In this document: piece after piece, positions 51,238-61,911 of the stretch | Layout: every line of letters begins with the position of its first letter | Numbering within the stretch: the first letter of the stretch is position 1 | Assembly: GCA_026707585.1 (NCBI GenBank) | Contig: JAPOWQ010000006.1 | Span: 174,411 to 238,410 of the forward strand | Length of the DNA stretch: 64,000 bases | Direction of reading: 5' to 3' | Source of the DNA: Chloroflexota bacterium | Lineage (GTDB): Bacteria > Chloroflexota > UBA11872 | Translations under genes and position numbers: made by a program | Notes under the pieces: model-generated | What the model saw: only the letters and a program-made list of their open reading frames with translations | Databases searched by the model: none | Told to the model about the DNA's origin: nothing

Positions 51238-51477
51238 ATGGAGGCTATGACCGCCGACAGCGGGCCGCTAACACTGGAAGATCTGCGGCGCGAACTGCGC
51301 GACGAGCGGAGCGAATTGCGCCGCGAATTCGATCGGACCTTGCAGCACTACGCGACAAGGGCCGATCTGGCGAATCTCAAGGCCGAGATGGTTAAGTGGT
51401 TTGCCGGCGTGCTGGTTCTCATCCTGATCAATGTGATCGGTACGCTGGTGACCCTCGTTGTGGCGTTGGGGGCATGA
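51238..51477 (+). CDS. Small hypothetical protein (79 aa) with C-terminal TM helix
   Basis: GGAGTGGGGATGG RBS-like sequence. A charged coiled-coil-like N-terminus precedes a C-terminal hydrophobic helix (tail-anchored topology). Confidence 0.35.
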   Translation: MEAMTADSGPLTLEDLRRELRDERSELRREFDRTLQHYATRADLANLKAEMVKWFAGVLVLILINVIGTLVTLVVALGA

Positions 51478-51697
51478 CTGACCGCAGCCTGGCCATTTGA
51501 ACGAGACGGCATTCCGCATTGTCGAGGCCGCGGCGGCCTAGGGCATGAAGTATCCGTGCCAGGACTGACCCGAGCCGTTTTTCCCGAACGGACGCCCATC
51601 TACGTTGCCCACTATCTGTTGCCGGGGGCTTCCCCAATCCTTGAGCTTGTCCCGAAACTCACGGACGTCGAGAGGAACACGCTCACCCCTCAGCCGC

Positions 51698-53047
51698 TTA
51701 CTCGAGCATTCCTCTACTTGCCCACTCCAGAATCTCATCGGACGTTGCCCTCTCGCGGGCAACCTCCTTGTCCATCCCGGGAAAGGGCGAGGTTGGCCGC
51801 AGATCCTCGTCTTTGGGAAGGGGCGAATCCTGGGCACCCTGTAGAGCGCGCAAGAGCGCGACGAGCCGGACGAAGGCGTTGTGAACGGCATTGTGGAGTC
51901 CTGCCAGATACACAACATCAATCCTGGGCAGTTCCGCAGTGGGAAACTGCCCGTTAGAGAGAGGGGCTAGAGCCGAGATCACACGTGTTGGCCCCTCTTC
52001 CAAATCGCTGGCATTCGACTGCATCTTCTGGAGGGCACGCTGGGCGTGGTCTACTGCACGCTGCAGATCAGTCGCCACGGTGGTGCGCGACTTCGCATCG
52101 TAGCGACGAAAAACCCCGATTCGGGACGCCTCATCCAGGCGAGGGAAATCGACTGCACCGTACGCACGCGCCACCATTGAGAACGACGCAATTCGATTTG
52201 CCACGCCGCTATCGGCCAGAGTTACTGAGCCCATCTGATCAGCGTCTAGATTGACCAGTGGTCCAAATAGATCATCTGCGACTCTGTGGCGGATATCTGG
52301 AAATCTAATCTCCTGGTTCAACAGCGCTTCTGGAATCGGACCACCCACCGTTTCCTCGATGCGCTTGCGTTTTCCGGGCACCGTGTCGACGCCTTCCTGA
52401 AGTCTCAGAGTGCGCACTCCGACGAACTTCTGAAGGATCTCTGCGAGTTCTTCCCGGATTAGGTCTCGCTGTCGGGCTTCCCTGACGGTTCCAGTTATCC
52501 CGAGTGCGCTATCGATCTCGGTCGCAATATCAGCGAATTCCTTGAAGCAGTGTAGCCAATTGTCGGCCGGAGGATCATTCTTTCCCTCGCGAGAGGCATT
52601 CGTCTCGGCAACACGCTCCACCTTGTCGATGAAGGCTCGGGTGTGCCCAAAGTCCTGGTATTTGAGCTCTGGATTGCAGCGCCTGATGTCACCGGCAACC
52701 TCGTCACGAACGAAGAACAGTAGCTTTGGACGTCCAGTTTTCCTACGCGATTGGTAGGCGACGTCGTATTCAGCCTCGGTGATGCTACGCTTCGGTTCTT
52801 CGCTGATGAGAGACCCCCGGCGGATCCCGATGAGCAGAACATAGAGATCGGCCCGGTGAATCGCTTCAAAGCAAGCGTCGTAGGTTCCGGGTCCGAGGAT
52901 CTTTTCGGACCCACTGAATTCGCTCATGAACCGGCGATAGCCCAGAGAGTCGAGCCAGAATCGAAGCGCCGAGCGGAGGTCTCGAAAGTCCTCTACCGTC
53001 GAACTCACAAAGACGAGGGGGGCTGACGAGTCGCCAGTGCTTGCCAT
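51698..53047 (-). CDS. Hypothetical protein with a DUF4062-like N-terminal domain (TIR/SLOG-like fold, as often fused to STAND NTPases/effectors) plus ~340 aa of unknown sequence
   Basis: N-terminus 'PLVFVSSTVEDFRDLRSALRFWLDSLGYRRFMSEF' fits the DUF4062 pattern (FISST..DL..ER...). The rest has no recognisable motif. GC is roughly 55% by eye against a ~70% background. Confidence 0.55.
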   Translation of the reverse strand: MASTGDSSAPLVFVSSTVEDFRDLRSALRFWLDSLGYRRFMSEFSGSEKILGPGTYDACFEAIHRADLYVLLIGIRRGSLISEEPKRSITEAEYDVAYQSRRKTGRPKLLFFVRDEVAGDIRRCNPELKYQDFGHTRAFIDKVERVAETNASREGKNDPPADNWLHCFKEFADIATEIDSALGITGTVREARQRDLIREELAEILQKFVGVRTLRLQEGVDTVPGKRKRIEETVGGPIPEALLNQEIRFPDIRHRVADDLFGPLVNLDADQMGSVTLADSGVANRIASFSMVARAYGAVDFPRLDEASRIGVFRRYDAKSRTTVATDLQRAVDHAQRALQKMQSNASDLEEGPTRVISALAPLSNGQFPTAELPRIDVVYLAGLHNAVHNAFVRLVALLRALQGAQDSPLPKDEDLRPTSPFPGMDKEVARERATSDEILEWASRGMLE

Positions 53048-53328
53048 CGCATCTCACCAGGCCGCGTGCAGGTGTCACAGGCTACCGATCGGACGCCCAA
53101 GCATTTCAAACCAACCAGCCGTCCGTATGTCCTTTGTGAGAGTTTCGGTTCGGCCAGTCCAGCACCCGTTGAACGTAGGGCCCATCCGCTCTCCGCTTGC
53201 CCACCGCGACTTGGATGCCCGTGACAGAGTTCGTGAACTCTTGCTCGCTTCCGCAATGTCGCGCTCAGCGTCATTGGCATCGACGCGAGGTGGCTTGGGG
53301 TACTCTGCGGTGACTTCGGTTTCCTAGC

Positions 53329-53583
53329 GTGGCTGCCGTGAGTAAGTACCAACCACTGCGCCGGTTCCTGGCAGACCGCCGCGAGGGTAAGTGGCGGGCA
53401 ACATTCGCCGACGTCGAGGATGTCCTTGGACTCACGCTGTGCACTTCGGCCCGTAAGCATCGGGCATGGTGGGCGAACAGCACCAGCCATCCTGAGGCAC
53501 GTTCCGGCTGGCTGGCAGCAGGGTGGGAGACCAGGAATGTCGACATGGGCAGGGAACGCCTCGTGTTCCTGCGGCAGCGATGA
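53329..53583 (+). CDS. Small hypothetical protein (84 aa) with 'KHRAWWAN...HPEARSGWLAAGWE' motif, translationally coupled (ATGA) to the downstream methyltransferase
   Basis: Its stop TGA overlaps the MTase ATG (cgATGAcc at 53580-53583). The motif resembles small proteins often encoded next to DNA methyltransferases, from memory only. Lower GC. Confidence 0.5.
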   Translation: MAAVSKYQPLRRFLADRREGKWRATFADVEDVLGLTLCTSARKHRAWWANSTSHPEARSGWLAAGWETRNVDMGRERLVFLRQR

Positions 53584-55028
53584 CCGCCGAGGGCCAGCCC
53601 AACTTCGCCAACAAGACGCTTTGGACGGCGGACAACCTCAACATTCTTCGGGGCATAAACTCGGCCTGCGTGGATCTGATCTACCTCGACCCGCCGTTCA
53701 ATTCCAACCGCACCTACGAGGCGCCGGTGGGATCACAGGCAGCCGGCGCGGCCTTCAAAGACGCCTGGACCCTCTCGGACCTAGACGTGGCTTGGATGGG
53801 CCTGATCGCCGACGAGCAACCGGGCATGTACGCGGTGATCGAGGCCGCGGGCCGAGCCCACGGGAAGGGCATGCAGTCCTATCTCTGCATGATTGCGGTG
53901 CGCTTGCTTGAAATGCACCGCGTTCTTAAAGAGACCGGAAGCGTCTATCTCCATTGCGACCCGACTGCCGGACACTATTTGAAATCTATCATGGATGCGA
54001 TTTTCGATCCTGACTCGTTCAGGAGCGAGATTATCTGGAAGCGTTCCAGTGCGCATAGCGACGCGCGACAAGGTCGGAGATAACACGGACGAATACACGA
54101 CATTCTTCTCTTTTACACCAAATCAGATCGTTGGACATGGAATATGATTCATACACCGTATGATCAAGACTATATCGACCGATTCTATCGTTACATCGAG
54201 CCTGGGACGGGGAGACGATATCGCCTTGGCGACCTGACTGGTCCAGGTGGAGCGTCAAAAGGCAATCCGCAATACGAAGTTATGGGCGTAACTCGGTATT
54301 GGCGGTACAGCGAAAAGCGAATGGCCGAGCTAATTGCCGAAGGTCGAGTCGTGCAGTCAAAGCCAGGTGCGGTTCCAGCATACAAAAGATATCTCGATGA
54401 AATGCCAGGTGTGCCTTTGCAGGACATTTGGACCGATATCCGGCCTATTGGTTCGCGCGCGAAGGAGCGTGTAGGTTATCCGACCCAAAAGCCCCTCGCT
54501 TTGCTCGATCGAATCATCAAGGCTTCCAGCAACGAAGGCGATCTGGTGCTCGATCCCTTTTGCGGTTGCGCCACGGCGTGCGTGGCCGCTGAGCTTCTCG
54601 AACGCCGATGGGCGGGAATCGACATTTCGCCGAAAGCAGTGCAACTCGTAAACCATCGTCTGCAGGAAGCGCCGCCATTGGGCATCGGTCCAATGTTTCA
54701 TCACGGCTACGTCACCGTTCGCACAGACATTCCACGGCGGACGGACATCGATGCACCTGGACCCTACCGGAAGCGCGTCCACGAGCTGTTTGGGAAACAG
54801 GAAGGCCGCTGCAACGGCTGCCAGGTTGACTTCCCCTTCCGCATGTTTGAGGTCGACCACATCGTTCCGCGGTCACGCGGTGGCACAGACCACCTTGAGA
54901 ACCTGCAATTGCTCTGCTCGCACTGCAACCGCATCAAGGGTGACCGCGAACAGGCCTACCTGGTCAGCCGCCTAGTCGAGCAAGGCACGCTCAAGCGCGA
55001 CGGTCGCCGTCTCAAGCCGTTTGCATGA
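53580..55028 (+). pseudogene. Beta-class N6-adenine/N4-cytosine DNA methyltransferase (DNA methylase N-4/N-6 family; motif IV 'DPPF' precedes motif I 'DPFCGCATAC') fused to a C-terminal HNH endonuclease; reading frame interrupted by a single in-frame TAA at 54081-54083
   Basis: 'VDLIYLDPPFNSNRTYE' is the catalytic motif IV. 'EIIWKRSSAHSDARQGRR*HGRIHDILLFYTKSD' continues in the same frame across the TAA. 'GDLVLDPFCGCATACVAAELLERRWAGIDIS' is the AdoMet motif I. 'CNGCQ...VDHIVPRSRGGTDHLENLQLLCSHCNRIKGD' is an HNH. Tracks 53523..54083 and 54144..55028 share one frame. Confidence 0.7.
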
Positions 55029-55391
55029 AGTTCGTGCACGGGGGCCGACGGACACCAAGAAAGTCCGGCGGCAGCGGTTCATCTCCGCGGGCGAGTAGCG
55101 CCCCTCAGGGAATCAATCCGTCTGGTTCAGCGACCCGCAGCCGCGCTTCAACACCAAGGCGTCGACAATCTGCCCCTAGGTTGCATGGCTCTCGGCGTAG
55201 GCTAGCCTGAGTAACCGCGGCGACGAGCCGGTTCTCTGATACTCAGACCGCAAGCTCTTTGGGCTGAGACACATCCCCCATGAGACGACGGCGGGATGAT
55301 GCTGTCGGCCGATTAGTTTCGAGACGCTGCGCAATGTGAATGCGTGAGGCGCGGGGAGGTTGTCAATCCGCGTCGCTTATGGGAGGCCGTT

Positions 55392-55628
55392 ATGCCACTT
55401 TGGGTAGATGAGGCAGAGAGGCTTGCAGGTGCTGAAGTCTGGGAATTGGTTGGCACCTCGCCAGGACCGTACCAGTGCGACTTGAGTCGCGGTTGGATTC
55501 CGGAGCACTCGCGCGCTGTGCGTATTCGCGGCAGGCAGTCTGGTACGCGGCTTGTCGTTGGACAAGGCGTCGCGCGCAAATATTTCGGCGTTCGGCTGAA
55601 TCGCGCGGGCGAGCTTATTGACCACTAG
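55392..55628 (+). CDS. Small hypothetical protein (78 aa) at the right edge of the low-GC island
   Basis: ATG 'MPLWVDEAERLAGAEVWELVGTSPGPYQCDL...'. Lower GC and no recognisable domain, so coding status is uncertain. Confidence 0.3.
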   Translation: MPLWVDEAERLAGAEVWELVGTSPGPYQCDLSRGWIPEHSRAVRIRGRQSGTRLVVGQGVARKYFGVRLNRAGELIDH

Positions 55629-55708
55629 CGACCTTTGGTGTTGCGGCGGGGTGGCGGGCTTTTCTAAGCTTTGGGCCAGTCCCGAAAGTCACGGATCGCC
55701 GCTACCGC

Positions 55709-56149
55709 ATGTCCCGAGTCCGTCTGCATGCCCCGCGCCTGGCCGCGCTGGTTGCCGCCGCCGTGATACTGGCCGGCTGTGAGGTCGGCGCGATGCAGAC
55801 GGCTATCGATAACCCGACGCCGGATCCGGCGACGGCACTGCCGACCACCTGCACACCGCCGAGTTGCGAGGAGCTGGCGGTGCAGATTGGGGACTTCGCG
55901 ATCCTGCCGCCGGTGATTCGGACGAGCGCACCGCGCGTGCGGTTCGCAATTACCAACATCGGCGCGTACACGCACAGCCTGGAGATCCGACTGCCAGGCG
56001 GCGTGGTCAACTCGCCGCGGATCGGGCCAGGACAGACCGGGTACCTGGAAGCGGACCTGGAACCGGGCACGTATGAAGCGCTGGATCCGACGCCGGGCCA
56101 CGCGGTGCGCGGCGCGCGGGCCAGCATCGTGGCGGGGTCCGGGAGCTAG
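55709..56149 (+). CDS. Cupredoxin-fold-like lipoprotein (apparently lacking the Cu-ligand Cys)
   Basis: Signal and lipobox 'LAALVAAAVILAGCEV'. 'FAITNIGAYTHSLEI...PGQTGYLEADLEPGTYEALDPTPGHAVRGARASIVAG' follows the cupredoxin H...C..PGH..M layout but has A where the Cys should be. Confidence 0.5.
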   Translation: MSRVRLHAPRLAALVAAAVILAGCEVGAMQTAIDNPTPDPATALPTTCTPPSCEELAVQIGDFAILPPVIRTSAPRVRFAITNIGAYTHSLEIRLPGGVVNSPRIGPGQTGYLEADLEPGTYEALDPTPGHAVRGARASIVAGSGS

Positions 56150-56895
56150 CCGCCTCTGGGGGCGCGACCCAGCAGTTCGCGTTCGCCCGGCGTCTCCGAG
56201 ACCCAGCGGAAGAATTTGACAGTGATGACGGTCCACAGGAGGGCGGTGCCGCCGAGTTTCATGATGAGGCCACCGATCCGCTGATCCTCCAGCGCCGAGA
56301 GTCCGCCCGGGTCGGCGGCCAGCAGGTAGGCCGGATAGAGCGGCTCTCCGGCAAAGACAAAGAGCGAACTCAAGAGCCCGGACGGCAAGGTCAACAGGAA
56401 CAAGTAGAACATCTGGATGGGCACGCTGGCGGCGGGGGCGGCCGGCACGCGACTGACCACGGGCCACCACATCAGCAACGCCGAGCCCACCATGGTCACG
56501 TGCGCGGTGTCATGCAGGATGCGGTCGTTCAGCGCGCCCTCGTAGAGCGTCGGCAGGTGCCAGCCCCAGAACACGGCCACTCCAATGAGCCCGGCGACCA
56601 GCGGACGGGTGATCCAGCGGAAGGCGACGCGCACCATGGGCCAGCGGAGCAGGGGCGTCACCATCCAGGCGGGGATGCCCAACAGCAGCAGCGGCGGCGC
56701 CATGAAGGTCACCATCAGGTGCTGGACCATGTGGATGCTGAAGAATTCGGCGCTGAGCGTGTCGATGGGTGGGTGTAGAGCGGTGAAGACGAGCGCCGCC
56801 CCGATAACGAAGAGGCTGATGCGCCAGGGGCTGACCCGTCCGGGCCGATCGGGGTTCCAGGGGCTGACCGCGTAGGCGTAGGCGCCGACCAGCAC
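56146..56895 (-). CDS. ctaG: Cytochrome c oxidase assembly factor CtaG (Bacillus/caa3-type, Caa3_CtaG family)
   Basis: Polytopic membrane protein. 'FSIHMVQHLMVTFMAPPLLLLGIP' matches CtaG. Lies immediately downstream of the oxidase genes. Confidence 0.75.
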   Translation of the reverse strand: MLVGAYAYAVSPWNPDRPGRVSPWRISLFVIGAALVFTALHPPIDTLSAEFFSIHMVQHLMVTFMAPPLLLLGIPAWMVTPLLRWPMVRVAFRWITRPLVAGLIGVAVFWGWHLPTLYEGALNDRILHDTAHVTMVGSALLMWWPVVSRVPAAPAASVPIQMFYLFLLTLPSGLLSSLFVFAGEPLYPAYLLAADPGGLSALEDQRIGGLIMKLGGTALLWTVITVKFFRWVSETPGERELLGRAPRGG

Positions 56896-57026
56896 GACGA
56901 CGCCAAGGGTGATTTCAGGGACGAGGTAGAAGGTCAGTTCAGCGCCTCCTCACCTGTCGTGTCCGCTGATCGCAACACCGCGCTTGCCATCGTTCCGGCA
57001 GCGTCTGCTAGTTCCTACCTTCCAGC

Positions 57027-57377
57027 CTAGCCGCCCGTGAGGCTGAAGAAGAGGAAGAGGATCAGCACGATCATGGAGGCGATGGAGAAGGGGAACATGA
57101 AGAGGGCGGTGAACAGGCGGTTGTCGTCCCGCAGGTGCATGTAGTAGGCGACGACGCCGGCACCCTTGGCGAACGAGAGGATGAGCAGCGAGGCCACTAC
57201 CCCGGGACGGGTGAAGGCATCGGCGATGGCCGGGACGCTGGGGATCGCAATTTCGACGATGGTGATGATGGTAAGGATGACGCCGACGACGACGTACTTG
57301 GAGTAGCCGTGGCGATGCTCGGCGTCGTGCGCCATGTCGCCGCCGTGGTCGGCGTGCGCAGTGTGCGAGTCGCTCAT
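57027..57377 (-). CDS. ctaF: Cytochrome c oxidase subunit IV (caa3-type small subunit)
   Basis: Start 'MSDSHTAHADHGG...', two TM helices, position after ctaE. The upstream part of the track ORF is antisense overlap. Confidence 0.7.
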   Translation of the reverse strand: MSDSHTAHADHGGDMAHDAEHRHGYSKYVVVGVILTIITIVEIAIPSVPAIADAFTRPGVVASLLILSFAKGAGVVAYYMHLRDDNRLFTALFMFPFSIASMIVLILFLFFSLTGG

Positions 57378-57969
57378 CAGATCAGGTAGATGAGGGTGAA
57401 GATGGCGACCCAGACGAGGTCCACAAAGTGCCAGTAGAGGCCGACCAACTCGATGCCCCACATGTCCATGCCGGGCTGAAAGCGGCCGCGCCAGGAGTAG
57501 GCCAGCACGGTGCCGAGCCAGAGGACCCCGATGCCGACGTGCGCGCCGTGGAAGCCGACCAGGGTGTAGAAGGACGCGCCGAACAGGTTGGTGGAGGGCG
57601 TGAGGTCCTTGTGCGTGACGAACTCGGTGAACTCATAGACCTGCCCGCCGAGGAAGACCAACCCCATCAGCATGACCATGCCGAGCCAGATGCGACCCCA
57701 GAGCAGCGAGCCGTTTCGAAACGCCGCCAGCGAGAGCACCATGGCGAGACTGCTGGTCAGCAGCACGAAGGTGGTGAACGAGGTCAGGACCAGGTCCAGG
57801 ACTTCCTGCCCCGGTCCGCCCAGCGTGTTGTGCTTGTTGATCAGCATGACCAGGATGAGGCTGCCGAAGAACATGGTCTCGGAGCCCAGGAAGGCCCACA
57901 TGCCGAGCTTGCGGTTATCGAGGCCGGTGGAGCTGTGGTGTTCCTCGTGGTGGGCGTGAGCGTCCGCGG

Positions 57970-57973
<4 letters not shown>
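57377..57973 (-). CDS. ctaE: Cytochrome c oxidase subunit III
   Basis: 'LGMWAFLGSETMFFGSLI' and 'WHFVDLVWV' subunit III signatures. Confidence 0.9.
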
Positions 57974-59802
<1,829 letters not shown>

Positions 59803-59850
59803 CCGATCACCCTCCGTCCGGCACTGCCGCGCCGCGTCGCGCGCGCATGC

Positions 59851-60942
59851 TTATTTTAGGCCCTCGAGGTAGGCAACCAAGGCGTCGAGCTGTTCGGTGG
59901 TCAACTCGGGAATCACCATGGTGTTGCCGGGTTTGACGCCCTGCGGATCGCTGAGCCAGGCACGCATGTTCTCCGGCGTGTTCGGCAGGAGTCCGGCGGC
60001 GATGTACTGGCGGCTACCCATGTGGGTCAGATCCGGTCCCAGGATGCCCGCCGAATCGGTGCCGCGAATGGTGTGGCAGGCCACGCAGCCGCCGAGGGTG
60101 AGGTTGGCTTCGCCTTCCCTGGCCAGAGCGGTGGCGGGCGGAACGCGGTCGGTGCGTTCGTTTTGGACCCAGGCGTCGAACTCCGCCTGGGTCTCGACGA
60201 CCACGTGAAACTTCATGAGGGCGTGGGCGGTGCCGCAGAACTCGGCGCACTGGCCGGGGAAGATGCCGGTGACTTCGGGCTTGATGGTGAATTTGTTCTC
60301 GCGGCCCGGCACCATGTCCAGCTTGCCGCGCAGGCTGGGGACCCAGAAGCTGTGCAGCACATCGTTGCTCTCGAGCTGGATTTCCACTTCGCGGTCGACC
60401 GGCAGATGCAACTCGTTGGCGGTCACTACCCCAAGGTCGGGGTATTGGAACTCGAACCACCACTGGTGGCCGATGGCCCGAACCTTCAGGGCGTCGGGGC
60501 CGGCGGCGCGGGCGTTGGAGAAGATCGCGGGGACGGTGAGGACGACGATGACCACGACCAGAATGGCTGGTGCGATGGTCCAGCCGATTTCAAGGGGCGT
60601 GTTGCCGTGGGTCTGGGCGGGGATTCCGTCGCCGCTGCGCCGTCGGAATCGAATGAGGCAGTAGAGCAGCGCGCCTTCCACGAGCACGAAGGTGACGACC
60701 ATGGCCCAGAAGACGAACATGAGGAGGTCGCGCGCGGTACGAGCCGCTTCCGTGGTCGGTTCCAGCGTGGTCTGTGGCGTTACGCCGCAGGCGGCCAAAG
60801 CCAAGACGGCCACGGCCAATGCGGGGGCCAGAAGCGCGGCGGAGAAGCGGCGGTTGCGGGTCAATGGTGTGCTGCGTCGCCCTTGAATGGGACGGCTCTC
60901 GTCCCTGTCTGCGCGAGTCACGCGTCGCCGGGCTTTGTGCAC
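59851..60942 (-). CDS. ctaC: Cytochrome c oxidase subunit II, caa3-type (CuA domain fused to C-terminal cytochrome c)
   Basis: CuA motif 'CAEFCGTAHALM' and C-terminal heme-c site 'CVACH'. The exact start is uncertain (a signal/lipobox 'LALAACG' lies downstream of the track start). Confidence 0.85.
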   Translation of the reverse strand: MHKARRRVTRADRDESRPIQGRRSTPLTRNRRFSAALLAPALAVAVLALAACGVTPQTTLEPTTEAARTARDLLMFVFWAMVVTFVLVEGALLYCLIRFRRRSGDGIPAQTHGNTPLEIGWTIAPAILVVVIVVLTVPAIFSNARAAGPDALKVRAIGHQWWFEFQYPDLGVVTANELHLPVDREVEIQLESNDVLHSFWVPSLRGKLDMVPGRENKFTIKPEVTGIFPGQCAEFCGTAHALMKFHVVVETQAEFDAWVQNERTDRVPPATALAREGEANLTLGGCVACHTIRGTDSAGILGPDLTHMGSRQYIAAGLLPNTPENMRAWLSDPQGVKPGNTMVIPELTTEQLDALVAYLEGLK

Positions 60943-61023
60943 CGTTTCACAATCTCGTGAGCGGCGGCAAGCGTAGCACGAGGGCCCGTGTGCGCCCTTG
61001 TCGAGCGGTCGTGCCGGCGGTGG

Positions 61024-61827
61024 TCAGGATGGCGTGGAAACGTCCAGCACGTGAGCGCGCGCGGCGGCGACGGCGGCCACGGTTTGCTGGGCGGGGACGT
61101 TCTCCGTGCTGCCCCAGATGAAGGTAAACATGCCAAAGTAATTGCGCTCATCGAGCATGGACGTGAGCGCGCGGAAGTCCACGGTGCCGCGACCCGGCGC
61201 CTGGTCCTCGGCCGGCCCGAGGTTGTCGGCATCGCGCATGGCCGGGCTGACGCTCCACAGGCAGGTATGGCCGACGCGGCCGTCGGCGGCGTCGGCCACG
61301 GCGCGAAGGGTGGTGCTTGCTAAACGCGCGTGCGGCGGCGTGAGACTCAGTTGCACGCGCGGGTGTCCAACATCATCCAGAAAGCTGGCGATCTCGGCGG
61401 GCTCGTCCAGCCAGGTGCCCACCTGGTTGGCCAGGGCCAGGGTGACGCCGAGGTCCTGGGCGGCGCGGCCCAGCGCGCGCACGTCGTCGGCCGCTTCGCG
61501 CCGTTCGTATTCGCGCTCGGGCGCCGTGCCGATGACCAGCGGGGCGCCGATGGCGGCCGCGAACTCCAGCCGCGCCACCAGGTCGTTGCCAAAGGTGGCG
61601 TAGGCCGAAATCGAAGAGGGCCGGAGGTTGTGGTGCTCGACCCGAGCCTGGACGTCGGCCGGCGAGTCGCGCAGGGGGTCCACGTGCTCAAGCACGCCCG
61701 GCGTGGCCCAGAGGTCCACGTACGTCAGCTCGGTCCGCGCCAGTGAACTGAGCGCATCGTCCAAGGACAGCGAGCGGAAGAGCAGGCTGGAGCCCGCGAA
61801 TCGAGTTGAGATGTCAAAGGCGAACAT
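61024..61827 (-). CDS. Sugar phosphate isomerase/epimerase family protein (xylose isomerase-like TIM barrel)
   Basis: 'LTYVDLW', 'APLVIGTAPE' and 'GHPRVQLSL' follow the AP_endonuc_2/TIM barrel pattern. Weaker match than the 27205 paralogue. Confidence 0.6.
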   Translation of the reverse strand: MFAFDISTRFAGSSLLFRSLSLDDALSSLARTELTYVDLWATPGVLEHVDPLRDSPADVQARVEHHNLRPSSISAYATFGNDLVARLEFAAAIGAPLVIGTAPEREYERREAADDVRALGRAAQDLGVTLALANQVGTWLDEPAEIASFLDDVGHPRVQLSLTPPHARLASTTLRAVADAADGRVGHTCLWSVSPAMRDADNLGPAEDQAPGRGTVDFRALTSMLDERNYFGMFTFIWGSTENVPAQQTVAAVAAARAHVLDVSTPS

Positions 61828-61911
61828 ACAGGGCTCGTGGTCGCAGGCAGGCCGTCGCTGAAGAACTCCCCCTATTCTCGCCTATTTGGGTGAGCTTCGG
61901 CTATTCGCGGC

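Noticed and set aside
55200-55340. Possible tRNA or tRNA-fragment attachment site at the right edge of the low-GC island
   Set aside because: No cloverleaf could be folded, and there is no GTTCGAATCC-type T-loop. No clear direct repeat matching the left island edge was found by eye either.
55664-56470. 268-aa minus-strand ORF overlapping the cupredoxin-like lipoprotein and ctaG
   Set aside because: It reads as Arg/Pro-rich nonsense, and both overlapped genes have sensible features.
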